Shown piece by piece: positions 1-12,174 of a DNA stretch of 64,000 nt. Made by a program: the position numbers and the translations under genes. This DNA comes from Eledone cirrhosa (taxonomy: Eukaryota), in contig OZ024741.1 of assembly GCA_964016885.1 (NCBI GenBank), positions 95,542,001-95,606,000 of the forward strand. Reading direction: 5' to 3'. The notes under the pieces were generated by a model. The model saw only the letters and a list, made by a program, of their open reading frames with translations, was not told the origin of the DNA and did not search any database. Numbering within the stretch: position 1 is the stretch's first letter; each line of letters begins with the position of its first letter.

Positions 1-191
1 AGCGGGAGGGAGAGAGGGGGGAATTGAGGAGTGCTACAGAAACATATATACATTTCTCTGTGTGTGTAATATATATATATATACACACATAGAAATATAT
101 ATATATACACACAGAAATATATATACATTTCTGTGTGTGTAATATATATATATACTAACAGAAAACCACCCGGTGGGTGGTTTTCTGCTAG

Positions 192-780
192 TCTATATAT
201 ATAAAACTGAGGATGTCTGTCTGTGTGTGTGTGAGTTTGAATCTCTAGAACTAGAGAAGCACCCAACCGACTGTTTTCAAACTTTACACATGTAATACTT
301 ATGTTTCAGGGAGTGTTTTGAGCAAAATTTTTTCAAATTTTCAATGCCCTAGGGACCGCATTAGGCGATTTAGCGATATCTCTCTATAATTCTTAGTCTT
401 TCTCTTTTTAGATAGATACATACATATAACGTCGCGCCCTTATAATATCTGTCTGTATGTCTGGCTGTCTGCATTACGTCACTTCCTACAATTCGCTCTG
501 CATCCAGAATGCGCCCTTATAATATCTGTCAGTATATCTGGCTGTCTGCTGCCTCCGGTTATTCTGCCACCCTTGCTCAGACAAATCTCACACTCATTCC
601 CCAAACAGATGGTAAGTGCACACAACTTCTTCCTCATGTTTTAAGCCACAGTGTTGCTTACTTACGTACCACCAGACCCTTACTTCTTTGCCAGCCGTGG
701 TTGTGGCAATACTAAGCTTAGCTAAGCGGTTATATATTTCACAATACCTTATCCCGTGCAACGCCGGGTACCACTGCTAG
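192..780 (+). mobile_element. Non-autonomous Helitron-like element, copy 1
   Basis: Starts TCTATATATATAAAACTG. Ends in a GC hairpin CCCGTGCAACGCCGGG followed by TACCACTGCTAG|T, the canonical Helitron 5'-TC / hairpin-CTAG-3' ends. No TSD. Homologous to 3316-4041. Confidence 0.8.
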
Positions 781-902
781 TTTAAAATTAAAAAAAACAA
801 CAAAAAATTTAACTCTACGTCTCGTATTGAGTTCTGTATATAGTTAGTGCTTTGTATTTTGTACATAAATAAAACTCATACACACACAAATATATATAAG
901 TA

Positions 903-942
<40 letters not shown>

Positions 943-1060
943 GATAGATAGAAAGAGAGAGAGAGAGAGAGAGGCAAAATTCCAACTGTGGCGCCAACCA
1001 GTTTTGGCTTGTGTGTTCAGCAAGCCTTTTCAAGGGTTTGTGTGTGTACACACACACACT

Positions 1061-1098
<38 letters not shown>

Positions 1099-1767
1099 TG
1101 CATATATGTGTATGTGTGTATGTAAGTAGTTATCTCCCCTTCCTAATATCTTCATGGTCTATATTTCTTCAGCTTCCTTTTCATCCCTTTTCTAAGATGG
1201 CTGACAAGTTATCACAAATATGTTTTTTTTCTTTCTTCCTTATTTTTTATGCTTTTTTCTTTTCGTTTGCTTTTTGTTTTCTTTTTTCCTCCAAAGACCT
1301 TTTTGTCTTTTCCAATGAAGGATGAGCATCTAAAATGTCAATATTATTTTATAACTATTGTTGTAATATACTGTTGTTTGGTATTGTTCTTTCATCGTTT
1401 TGACATATATAATTTGAACAGAAACTGTTGTCAGTAGCCCTTTGGTGTATTGCTAATGAGCTCAACCAGAATTCAAGAGATATAGTGGCCACCTTTTCTG
1501 TCATTATAGGTATTTTACCCAATTTTCTAAAGCTATTATTATTTATAACAATTTCCTGTTTTTTTTCTCTCCAAGCTCTTCAATTTATTTAACTTTCTGA
1601 TAATTATGTTGAAGTTGTAATTTATAACTGGGATGTCTAGTGTATTCATATCAACAATATTTTTTCTAGGAGTGAGTTCAGTTTTTTAAAATATTAGATT
1701 GTATATTCTGTAGCACTCTTTTCTTATTTTCTCTTTCATTTCTGTGTGTTATATTTTATCAGTTTAA

Positions 1768-1986
1768 CCCTTTACCTTTACATTACTCTATATATACTAT
1801 TATATTTTCGCAGTAAATTCTTTACCTCACATAATTATCTCACATAATATCAAATCTATGATTTTGATGTTATTTATTTTGAGAACACTAGCTTAACATA
1901 AGTATGGGTGGCTGGTTAGAGCCAGTTTAAACAGGAAAAAGGTGAGAGAATTATGGCCAGATATGGCCGGTTTAAATGCTAAAGGG
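1768..1986. mobile_element. piggyBac-type MITE
   Basis: TTAA on both sides. TIRs CCCTTTACCTTTA / TAAATGCTAAAGGG. A second copy lies in the opposite orientation at 25899-26090. Confidence 0.75.
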
Positions 1987-2186
1987 TTAATCTATTCATA
2001 AGTAATTGGATGGGTGGTTCTGGTCCAATTCATTGCTGTTAATGGCATCACCATGACCAGTGCTACAACACCCATCAACTCCCCAGTTTTCTCTTCCCTT
2101 AAAATTTATGACCTTGTGTGTAAGTTAGAAATCCTCCTCCTCCTCATTATTATTTTATAGCTAGAATTATAATTATAATTAAGAAC

Positions 2187-2822
2187 AGTGGATTGGCAGT
2201 ATCAGCAGGGCATCAGATAAAATGCTTTGCAACATAGAGTTACAGCCCTTTACATTCTGAGGCCAAATCACTTTGAGGTTAGCTTTGCTTTTAATTCTTA
2301 CAGGGTTGATAAAATAAAGTACTAGTCAAGTACTGATGTAAATATAATTAACTTTCCCCTCCGACAAATTGCTGGCCTTGTGCCTAAATTAGAAATCATT
2401 ATTATAGAGGATGGTAGGTTGGCAGTATGGGTAGAGGGTTGGACAACATGCTTTGTGGCATAGAGTTATGGCCCTTTATATTCAGCGTTCAAATCCCTTC
2501 AAGGTTAGCTTTGACTTTCATCCTTACAGGGTTGATAAAATAAAGTACCAGTAATGCACTGGGGTCGATTTAATTGACTTTCCCCTTCCCCAAAATTGTT
2601 GGCCTTGTGTCTAAATCAAAAACTATTATTGGTGGTTTGGCAGTACCAGTAGAGCGTCAGACAGCATGCTTTGCAGCATAGAGTTATGGCTGTTTACGTT
2701 GTGAGTTCAAATCTTGCCGAGGTTAACTTTGCCTTTCATCCTTACAAAGTCAATAAAATAAAGCACCAGTAATGCACTGGGTAATTGCTGGTCTTGAGCC
2801 AAAAGTAGAAACCATTATTATT
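2187..2822 (+). mobile_element. Three head-to-tail copies of a tRNA-derived SINE (Meta/MESC-domain-like)
   Basis: Each copy has an A-box-like TGGCAGTATC, a B-box-like GTTCAAATC, the central GAGGTTAACTTTGCCTTTCATCCTTACGGGGTCGATAAAATAAAGTACCAG domain (with substitutions) and a GGCCTTGTGCC..AGAAACCATTATT tail. Confidence 0.85.
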
Positions 2823-2823
2823 A

Positions 2824-3315
2824 TCTATATATATATAAAACTGATGTTGTCTGTGTGTGTCTGTGTGTATGTGTGTGTGTGTGTGTGTGTCCTCATTTTT
2901 GCAAAGTCTATACAAATCCACATTTCTACTCCAATTGACTTCAAACTTGCATTTATATATTTCTTGAGGTCTAAAGATATTAACTGCAGCTTTTATTTTT
3001 CAATTTTCTGTTGTTAAAGGGGTGTTAGGCGCCGGTTATCCATCTCCGTCGCGCTCTTATAATATCTGTCTGTATGCCTGCTGTCTGCATTACGACATTC
3101 TGACGAACATTGATGACGTATTATGTTCGCTATTTTCCGTTCATTGCCAGGGAACGTCTTCACGAACCAAAGTATCGTCTTCCTGTTTTCCTTCAGCTGC
3201 AACGTTTTTTTAAATATTTACTTCTGCATTCACAGATTGATGTTTTTAGTTTCAGAAGATCCCGTTAAGGGTGAAAGCAACGATTCTTTGCTTAAACTTT
3301 AATCTGTTATTTTAA
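2824..3315 (+). mobile_element. Helitron-like 5' portion without its own 3' end
   Basis: A|TCTATATATATATAAAACTG start. The internal motif CGTCGCGCTCTTATAATATCTGTCTGTATG is shared with copy 1. It runs directly into the next Helitron. Confidence 0.6.
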
Positions 3316-3370
3316 TCTATATATGTATTATATATATATATAAAACTGGGTAAGGATGTATGTATGTATG

Positions 3371-3404
<34 letters not shown>

Positions 3405-3432
3405 TGTATGTATGTATGTATGTATGTATGTA

Positions 3433-3463
<31 letters not shown>

Positions 3464-4041
3464 GAAACTGAGAAGAACCCACCCGATCTTTTTCAAACTT
3501 TACATGTGTATTACTTATATTTTAGGGAGTGTTATACACATAAAAAAATTCAACTGTTTGATCCCCTAGGGCCTGCATTAGGTGAAAAACTGCATTTTTT
3601 CCAGCTTTTTAGGGATTTTTTGAGGCGTTACGTCAGACCGATTTCCTTGAAATTGCAACTATGTATTAGTCAGTTTCTTCTTCATACCTTGAGCAAAGAA
3701 AATCCAACTTTTTCGGCCCGCATTAGGTGAAAATCTTCATTTTTTTCAGCTTTTTAGGGCTTTTTTGAGGCGTTACGTCTAGCCGATTTTCCCGAAATTT
3801 CAAGGCATATTATGCACATAAAAAAAAAAATTCATTTTCTTGCTCCCCTAGGGCCCGCATTAGGTGAAAACCTGCCTTTTTCCTGCTTCATCGAGGAAAA
3901 TCTTAGATTATCCAGCCATCAGAGTATTTGGTTTATTTTCTTTACATATTGTCCAGGCATGCAGTTTTTCCACGATTAGGTCTGTTGGTGGCCCACGTTC
4001 CAAAATACCTTATCCCGTGCAACGCCGGGTACCACTGCTAG
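3316..4041 (+). mobile_element. Non-autonomous Helitron-like element, copy 3
   Basis: A|TC start and the same 3' end as copy 1 (ATACCTTATCCCGTGCAACGCCGGGTACCACTGCTAG|T). Three internal subrepeats of about 140 bp are marked by GCATTAGGTGAAAA. Confidence 0.8.
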
Positions 4042-4052
4042 TTATTAATAAG

Positions 4053-4305
4053 GGAAGTGGATTGGCAGAGTTATTAGAAAATTGGACAAATGCATTCAAG
4101 TAATACTGTAGCTGTCGAATGTGGGTGTCACTGCTAGCAATATTTTAGTTGATTAATTTTAGTATTATTATTATCGCTTTGCCTTTCATACTTTCAAGAT
4201 TGATAAAATAAAGTTCCAGTAATGCACTGGAGTTTATTTAATCGACTTTCCCCTCCCCACAAATGTGTTGGCCTTGTGCCTAAATCAGAAACCGTTATTA
4301 TTATT
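4053..4305 (+). mobile_element. Degenerate or interrupted Meta-like SINE
   Basis: Head TGGATTGGCAGAG at about 4058. Central domain and tail at 4177-4305. Confidence 0.65.
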
Positions 4306-4955
4306 ATTGATGTGAATTTTATAAAGAACTTCTCCAACAGTTATGTATTGTTGAGATGTATTTTAAGTAGAAATGAAAATTATTATTTTTTTTCACAAAG
4401 GTGTCAATCTTTTAATTATTCTTACATGTGCTGCTATGTTTAGTCTGTAACAAAAATCATTTTTTTTTTGCCAGCTTAAAAACAAACAACAACAACAACA
4501 AAGTTCTGTAGATAACAGATAGTTCTGGAGTTCTGGTAGTATGTCACCTCATATTTTTTGGTTTATTATGGCTACCCATCCCAGTTATTAATGCTCCGTC
4601 CACTTTGTAAGAAAAAATATATTAAAAAAAGATGCAAAAATAAAAAAAAATATGAAAACCAGAAAAACATACATAAAAAAAGAAAAAAGTACATAAATAA
4701 CAAACAATAAGATTTGAAGTCCAGTAATTTTCTTTATTATAACTTCCTAGAAAATATGGTTTTTGTTTTTTTCTAATATAGAAAAACTGTTGGTATAAGA
4801 ACAAAAACAAAAAAAAAAAATGATAATAATTGGCAGTTCTATAATTTGCAATGATGATGTTTAAATGGACAGGGACCTTTGTCACTCTCAGGGAGTCAGT
4901 GTGATACCATATGAAGTTGGTTATATTTTCAGAAGGAAATATGCACCATTTTCTC

Positions 4956-5441
<486 letters not shown>

Positions 5442-5763
5442 AATTATGTGTGTGTATATATTACTGCACAGCTTGTTATGGTTTTCTCTTTTCTTGTTCA
5501 AAATTTGTTTACTGTTATTTCAATCTTGTACAATTTCATCAGTTTAAAAGTTTGTATGAGGGTCAATTTTGAAGCAACAACCCACCAAAATGATCCACAC
5601 TTCACCAGAATAATCTGTGCCTAAAATGGTTTTGATAACGTTTTATCATCAAACAATATCATTTATTATCATTGTTATTATTATTATTATTATTACAGTT
5701 GCATTTATCTTGCTTTATGTTCATACGAGTTATCACCAAGTCACAACCAGTGACCTCAAGAGA

Positions 5764-5806
<43 letters not shown>

Positions 5807-6899
5807 TTCTTGGAGTCTCAGTCATTGATGTTATTTAACTGGAAAGTTTGTTCAAATGAACATCAAGACTCAGATATTCATGTCGTATCAGAGGGTTATT
5901 ATTATTTTATTTTATTTTTTTAAATGTAAACTCCATTTTAAAAAAAATAACCCAACCCAATAAGTTAGGACCAACTTCAAATGTTTGTATGGTGTTAGTG
6001 AAAACTCTGAAATTTTTGGACATAAAATTTCAGAGAGGCCTCTTTGACAGAAACTGCCTTAATGTTATATATAACATATCTACATATGCATGCACCATTG
6101 ACTACTGCTGCCTATACTCTGTGAAATGTTGTTATTGTTGTAATAGCCAGTAACAGCAGCAGTTATTGCAGTCATTTATTTTCAACACATTGCCTTACTC
6201 CTAATATATGCTGATAACTTAAATCAATTTTACAGAGTAGTTTAAACTACTACTTTTTTTATAAACACATTTTCTCTCCCTCTCTCCCTTATCCTGTCAA
6301 TCCATAACCATGCAATGTTATAAAAAAAAAGATTCTTATACATCTCTTGTCACAGTTGAAAGAATTTGAGAAAATATCTCTGATACCCTTGTCCCTTACC
6401 CCTAATTTGTTTTTGAATCTTTTTGAATAAAATCATTCAATGCCTTTTTTTTTCTTCTTAAAAATAAAAATATTCTTACCAATTTTTTAAACCTTTGATA
6501 ACCAAAACAATTTTTGCTTTGAAAATCACTTAAGCTACAGTATAATTTTCTGTTGAAACTTCAAAGCAATTGTTGTCCATTGTCATGAATAATGGCAATA
6601 TTTCTATCAAAATGAACATAGTAAGTCTGGTAAACCTCTGTTCAAAGTAGTTTTAGCCAAAGAATCTGAGATAATTGTAGTTTAGTTTCATCTATTATTA
6701 CACTCTTTCAAATGTTTACTCTTTCTTAACACTTGAGCTATATTCTCACATACTAGACTAACAGTTGGGATATAACTAACTTATTAGTTAAAGTAACTTA
6801 CTAAATGTAATTGAGTAACTGTCAGAAATATTATGTAAAGTATTTTTACTAGATAAATAGACTGAATAGTTTTCTTATATAATAAAGTATTATCAAATA

Positions 6900-7045
6900 A
6901 GGCGGCAAATTGGTAGAGTTGTTACAATGTCAGATAGAATGCATTCTGAGTCTCAGCTCTCTGATTTCAAATCCCACCGAGGTCAACTTTGCCTTTCATC
7001 CATTCAAGGTCGATAAAAAAAAGTACCAGTCTAACACTGGGGTTA
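6900..7045 (+). mobile_element. Degenerate Meta-like SINE
   Basis: GAGGTCAACTTTGCCTTTCATCCATTCAAGGTCGATAAAA core preceded by a tRNA-like head. Confidence 0.7.
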
Positions 7046-7570
7046 ATTCTTTTTCCATACCTCTTTCTCATTTCCTTTCTCTCACTTTCTGTCTTTCTCT
7101 GGAAGAAATCTGCTGTATTCAGACCAGGAGAGATGAGCTCTGCTAGGTTTAAAATTACCCTAGAAACACTATATGTCAAAATGGTGCCCCTATGACTCTC
7201 CCAGGAGTTATCAATCCATACTATCAAATAAGTTCATTGTTTGTAAAACTAAACAGTTACAGTTAACAATGTCACTTGGAGAAATACATATTTTGTACTC
7301 CTACACTACACAACTATATGTATCTATCCCTTTGATACCAAACTGCCTGAAACTACCCTGAATTGATGATACAAAACTACTCATTTCAAAATGTTTATCC
7401 TTATAGTAAAACCTTCCATTATAATTTTATTTTAGAAATTTTTGTTGAGTAATGTTCAAGATGTGAAGGCACGTCACCTAGTGATTAAATTCCTCAACTG
7501 GGTTGTGTGTTGTGTTCTTAAGCAAAACACTTCATTTCACATTGCTCCAGTATGATGGTGATAATGATAA

Positions 7571-7960
7571 TAATAATGGTTTCTTTATTAGTCACACAGG
7601 GTTCACATTAATAAGACATTAAGGACGGCACATGATGATACAGTATGAGTTTTTGCATGTAAAAATTTCAAACAAAAGCAAATTCCCCAGTGGAGGGGAG
7701 ACTTCCAAGAGTCACTCATGAAGAAAGCACACAAAAAGCCATAGACACCTTGATAGCTAGGGCAAGTGCCCCCTCCCAGTTCTCCTCTAATCTACAGGTG
7801 CACACTGAGAGCAGGCCTCTTCACTTGGCCATGCTCGCCACACTTTTTCCCCTTTAAGTTAAACCTGAAAAAGTTAATCAGGGTACTGAAGAGGAAAGAG
7901 CTTGTCTTCAACTCTTTCAATAGTGTCCACCACAAGGCCTCTTTCACCATGGTCACCAGG
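7571..7960 (-). mobile_element. 3' fragment of a Tx1/L1-like LINE
   Basis: The minus-strand end CTGTGTGACTAATAAAGAAACCATTATT matches the 3' ends of 47896-48718 and 8311-8727. Remnant coding similarity is also visible. Confidence 0.55.
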
Positions 7961-8310
7961 AATAGTGATAATAATAATAATAATAATAATAATAGAATGT
8001 GGATGATGAAAACAGAAACAGTCCCTATTAGTAATAGATGCCCTATGAATGATAAAAACAAAAAAAAAACAAAAAAAAAACACTGATAGATACCCAAACC
8101 CCAAAACATACAAAACTCCTTGGAATTGCACTTATATTACATAGTATTTCCATTAGAATGGAAATATTTCCAAGAACAACACTACACATACCCAGGACAC
8201 ACATAGCTGTACATGGTAATGTAATGACCTCATGTTATGAAAATATGACCAATGATAATGATAATAATAATCATAATAATAATGATGATAATAATAATGA
8301 TAATGACATA

Positions 8311-8727
8311 TAATAATGGTTTCATTTATTGGCCACAAGGGCCTACATATAGGGGACAATACTGTAGACAGGGACAGTGGGTGTTTACATATATATAACG
8401 TGTAAAAAATATAACAATAACAAAATAACAATAAAATGCAAACAACAGAATTCCACAACAGAGATGACTTAGGTACCCCATCAATCCTGAACCATCCAAC
8501 ATTTTGAGGCACCTGGGAAGGGTACCTCTCTCCTCCTTAAATTAACCAACCAACAGGCGCATACTCAGAGCAGGCCCATTAATATGGGCCACTCTCACCA
8601 CCGTCACTAACCTTTCAGCAAATGTACTGGTGAGCAGCACTTCTCTCTCCAGCCTCACTCTCCTAGTGAAACTTGAACAAGTTAATGAGGGATTGACCGA
8701 AGAGAAAAGTGTCTGTCTTCAGTCCTT
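8311..8727 (-). mobile_element. 3' fragment of a Tx1/L1-like LINE
   Basis: The minus-strand end is GGCCCTTGTGGCCAATAAATGAAACCATTATTA. GGACTGAAGACAGACACTTTTCTCTTCGGTCAA is homologous to GGGCTGAGGTCAGACACCTTTCTCTCCGGCCAA in the copy at about 48308. Confidence 0.65.
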
Positions 8728-9199
8728 AATAACAATAGTAATTGTTTCTACTTTTGGCACAAGGCCAGCAATTACCCCAGTACATTACTGGTACTTTATT
8801 TTATCGACCCCGTAAGGAGAAAATATAAACAGTTTTTTTCTCACATACTTATCAGAATGAAATAGATAAATAATTTTCTATGATTTCTAGAAACGTTGCA
8901 CAAGTCTGTGTATTGTGTGAGGATATGTTGAAACAATTTTCTAATATAATATATATCACATATCTTACAGGTCAATCATTTTATCTGTTTTGTCTTTAAA
9001 ATCATAAAACAGCATCATCTATATTTCTAGTTTAGCCTCCTCTGATCACTATTATCATCATAACTTATATACACACATATCATATACACACACATATCAT
9101 ATACACACACACATATCATCATCATCGTCATTTAACATCAGCAGGGAAAATGGATGTTAAATTATGATGATGATATATATATATATTTGTGTGCCTGTG

Positions 9200-9248
<49 letters not shown>

Positions 9249-9275
9249 ATGTATATAAATATATATATATGTATG

Positions 9276-9607
9276 TATTATTCAAAATATTAATAAATGA
9301 AGACATTCAGATAATCAAAATATGTTTTATTATATATATTTTGAAGGTACTGTGCTGTTTCCTTTCAGTACGTCCTCGTCAAATAAAATACAAGAATTGA
9401 TGTATGACATACCTCAACGGTCTTGATGGTTCAATTCCAGTATTGGCAGTTGAACTATCAAGACAGTTGAGGTATGTCATACATCAATTCATATATTTTA
9501 TCTGACGAGGACGTACTGAAAAAACAGCACAGTACCTTCGAATATATATAATAAAACATATATTTTGATTATCTGAATGTCTTCATTTATTAATGTTTTG
9601 AATAATA
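9276..9607. repeat. ~330-bp near-perfect palindrome with a degenerate hammerhead in each arm (Penelope pLTR-like)
   Basis: The arms are reverse complements centred near 9441. The plus arm reads TTTTAT CTGACGA GGACGTACTG..CAGTACCTTC GAA TATATATA ATAAAA. Confidence 0.85.
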
Positions 9608-11096
9608 TTAATAACTCCAGAAAACATTTTTGTAGAGTGCTTTTAATCTATTGTAAAACTATATTCATTGAGTAATCAATGAACCATATTAATCTTTGGT
9701 TATATATGTATGTATATATATAAATATATATGTATGCATGTATATATGTGTATATATATGTATGTATATGTGTATATATATTTATATATGTATATGTATA
9801 TATATAATATATTCTACAGATGTAAAACAAATAACTCACCTCCCTATCATATTTAGAATATTACCTCAATTTTGCATCATATTTTTGTTCCATTTTTGTT
9901 TTGTTTTATTTTGTTTTTGTCTCCTGAAGAACTTTAATATATTTTTTATCATATATTTAAATGTATTTCTGTCAGAAGTCGCGACTGGCAGATAGTATCA
10001 GCAATGGAAAGACTAATATTTGGACCGATCTAATGATTCGTTCTTTTCCTTAAATCTGTCTTATACTCATATTGAAATAGTTTAAAACACTTTATCAACC
10101 ACTGTATTCAGCTTTGTAATAATTCTACTACTTTTTTTTTAAATTTCATTTTCCACAATTATAATCCCAAAAATTTTGCAATTTTATTTCCTCTGACAAA
10201 AATTAAAAATAAGATATGTCTGAATTTTTTTGCTTGTTTTTTTTTGTTTTTTTTTTGTATTCTTTTTCAAATGAATTCTAGCCAAAACACAAATAAAGGA
10301 TCTTACTTTGTATGTTTTTCAATCTATTTATTTTTTCCATACTTTCTCTTTAAAAAATCTTAGAAGAGGGTTGAGAAATATTATACAATGCATGTAAGAA
10401 TAAGTTTAACTCACATGATACCAAACTACCAGAATCCATCTCATAATTTCATATAAAAACCTTTATTAAATTTTATTCCAAACACAAGTTTAATAATGAG
10501 AAAATTATTTAACTAGATCTCTTCAAATTCTTGAATATTTCCAAAATGATTTGAAAATCATAGTCAGCATCTTTCATTAGAAATATGGTAATGAATGGGT
10601 TTCAAATTGTGTAGATACAAAATATAAATAATTACATATAGTAAATAATAGATTATAATAAAGTCTAAAATAAGTAAAACAAGATTTGATTCTAGATCAG
10701 AGGCAAGGTTTAGATGGGTTGTTATAGCCTGAGACTAGACTGGTTGGAGGACCAGGTTCATATGTTCTAAATTTTGACATGGTATCAATAACTGGATACT
10801 CTTCCTAAGGCCAACTATTTTATAGAGTGTATTGAATGCATTTTTCCTTTGCACCAGCACTACCACTTTACAGAGCATACTAGGTACATTTTATCATGGC
10901 ACCAGCATGAGAGAGGTTGTCATATTTTTAGCCAAATTAAAGAGTCCTCATTGTGTTTTCTCTTCAAAATTTTTTATAGAATGCAGATGCAAATTTTGGC
11001 CACCAATAATGTTATCCAGCTGGTAAAATGCTGAGGGTCTGGTGGAATTATAGTAATACCTATTATGATAATTGTTTCTTTATTAATTAATGTCTA

Positions 11097-11250
11097 TAAT
11101 TGTTTCTACTTTTGGCACAAGGCCAGCAATTACCCAGTGTATTACTGGTACTTTATTTTATCGACCCCATAAGGATGAAAGGCAAAGTTAACCTCGGCAG
11201 GATTTGAACTCAGAATGGCAAGGGCCGTAAATCTATACTGCCAATCCAAT
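11097..11250 (-). mobile_element. Meta-like SINE
   Basis: Reverse complement of the SINE consensus. A shorter partial copy lies at about 8735-8815. Confidence 0.85.
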
Positions 11251-11288
11251 TAATGTCTATAATAATGATATTTATGATCTTTTCTTTG

Positions 11289-11757
11289 TCCACTTATTCC
11301 TGGGAGGGTCATGGAGGCAGAGTCATCAAACACTCCTTCCAGTGGGACCTGTTAGAAGCAACCATCTCCAACTGATCCGGCTGGATCCCCAAACGAGACC
11401 AGCCAAGCTTATGGATGTTATCCAACCATCTTGCTCAGGGTCTACTCCTGAGTTTCTTGCCAGTTGGTTTTGCCTGTAAAATCTGTTCAGCAATTCTTTC
11501 CTGAGACATGACCATAGTATTGGAGCTGTGATCTCTCAATTTGGGGAAGTAGCAGCCCTACCTGGAGTGACTTTCTAATCTTCAAGCTATGCACTTTATC
11601 GAGTAATGTTTTTCTAAAGATCGTTTGGAGGAACCCCATTTTGGCTGCTTGTATTTGTGATTGTATTCTTTCGGTCATTACCAAAGATTCATGACCATAG
11701 TTGGCACGTATACCGAATTGAAATGAGTTTGGCTTTTACACCTACCTCCCTTCTGAA
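11289..11757 (-). mobile_element. 3' fragment of an RTE-clade (Expander/Rex3-like) LINE
   Basis: Translation SQIQAAKMGFLQ..LLDKVHS..SLQVGLLLPQIERSQLQYYGHV resembles RTE C-terminal motifs. Homologous to 45229-45700. Confidence 0.75.
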
Positions 11758-11760
11758 TAC

Positions 11761-11826
11761 TGAATAGCATTAAAGAATAGCATTAAAGAATAGCATTAAA
11801 GAATAGCATTAAAGAATAGCATTAAA
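11761..11826. repeat. 13-bp tandem repeat (GAATAGCATTAAA) x5
   Basis: Direct inspection. Confidence 0.9.
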
Positions 11827-12174
11827 AAATCAGTTTGTAGTGAGTTATATCTATTTTTTAAAATGAGTTTATATTCCAGTCGGGGGTAGGCTGGTGTTGG
11901 CTGGCACAATTATGCGAAAAGACAAGTTGAAGACCAGTACTGGATGGCACAGAAGCGATGAGCCAAAACCATCTCACTTGGAACCTGGCACTGGATGACA
12001 CCACTATGGGAAGGGACAGGCCAATTTTGGACGCATCGAACCCCTCCCACAGTGGCAGCCAAGTTTCAGGGCCTGGTAATTTCCATGCGACGAACCCTTC
12101 AAGTATAAAACCACCATTTTTTTGGAGGTGTGTATATATGTGAGTAGGGAAGAGGTGGTGGTGGCATTGGATGG

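Noticed and set aside
11860-12145. GC-richer island with apparent acceptor and donor sites
   Set aside because: All three plus-strand frames contain stops. It is more likely a retroelement UTR remnant.
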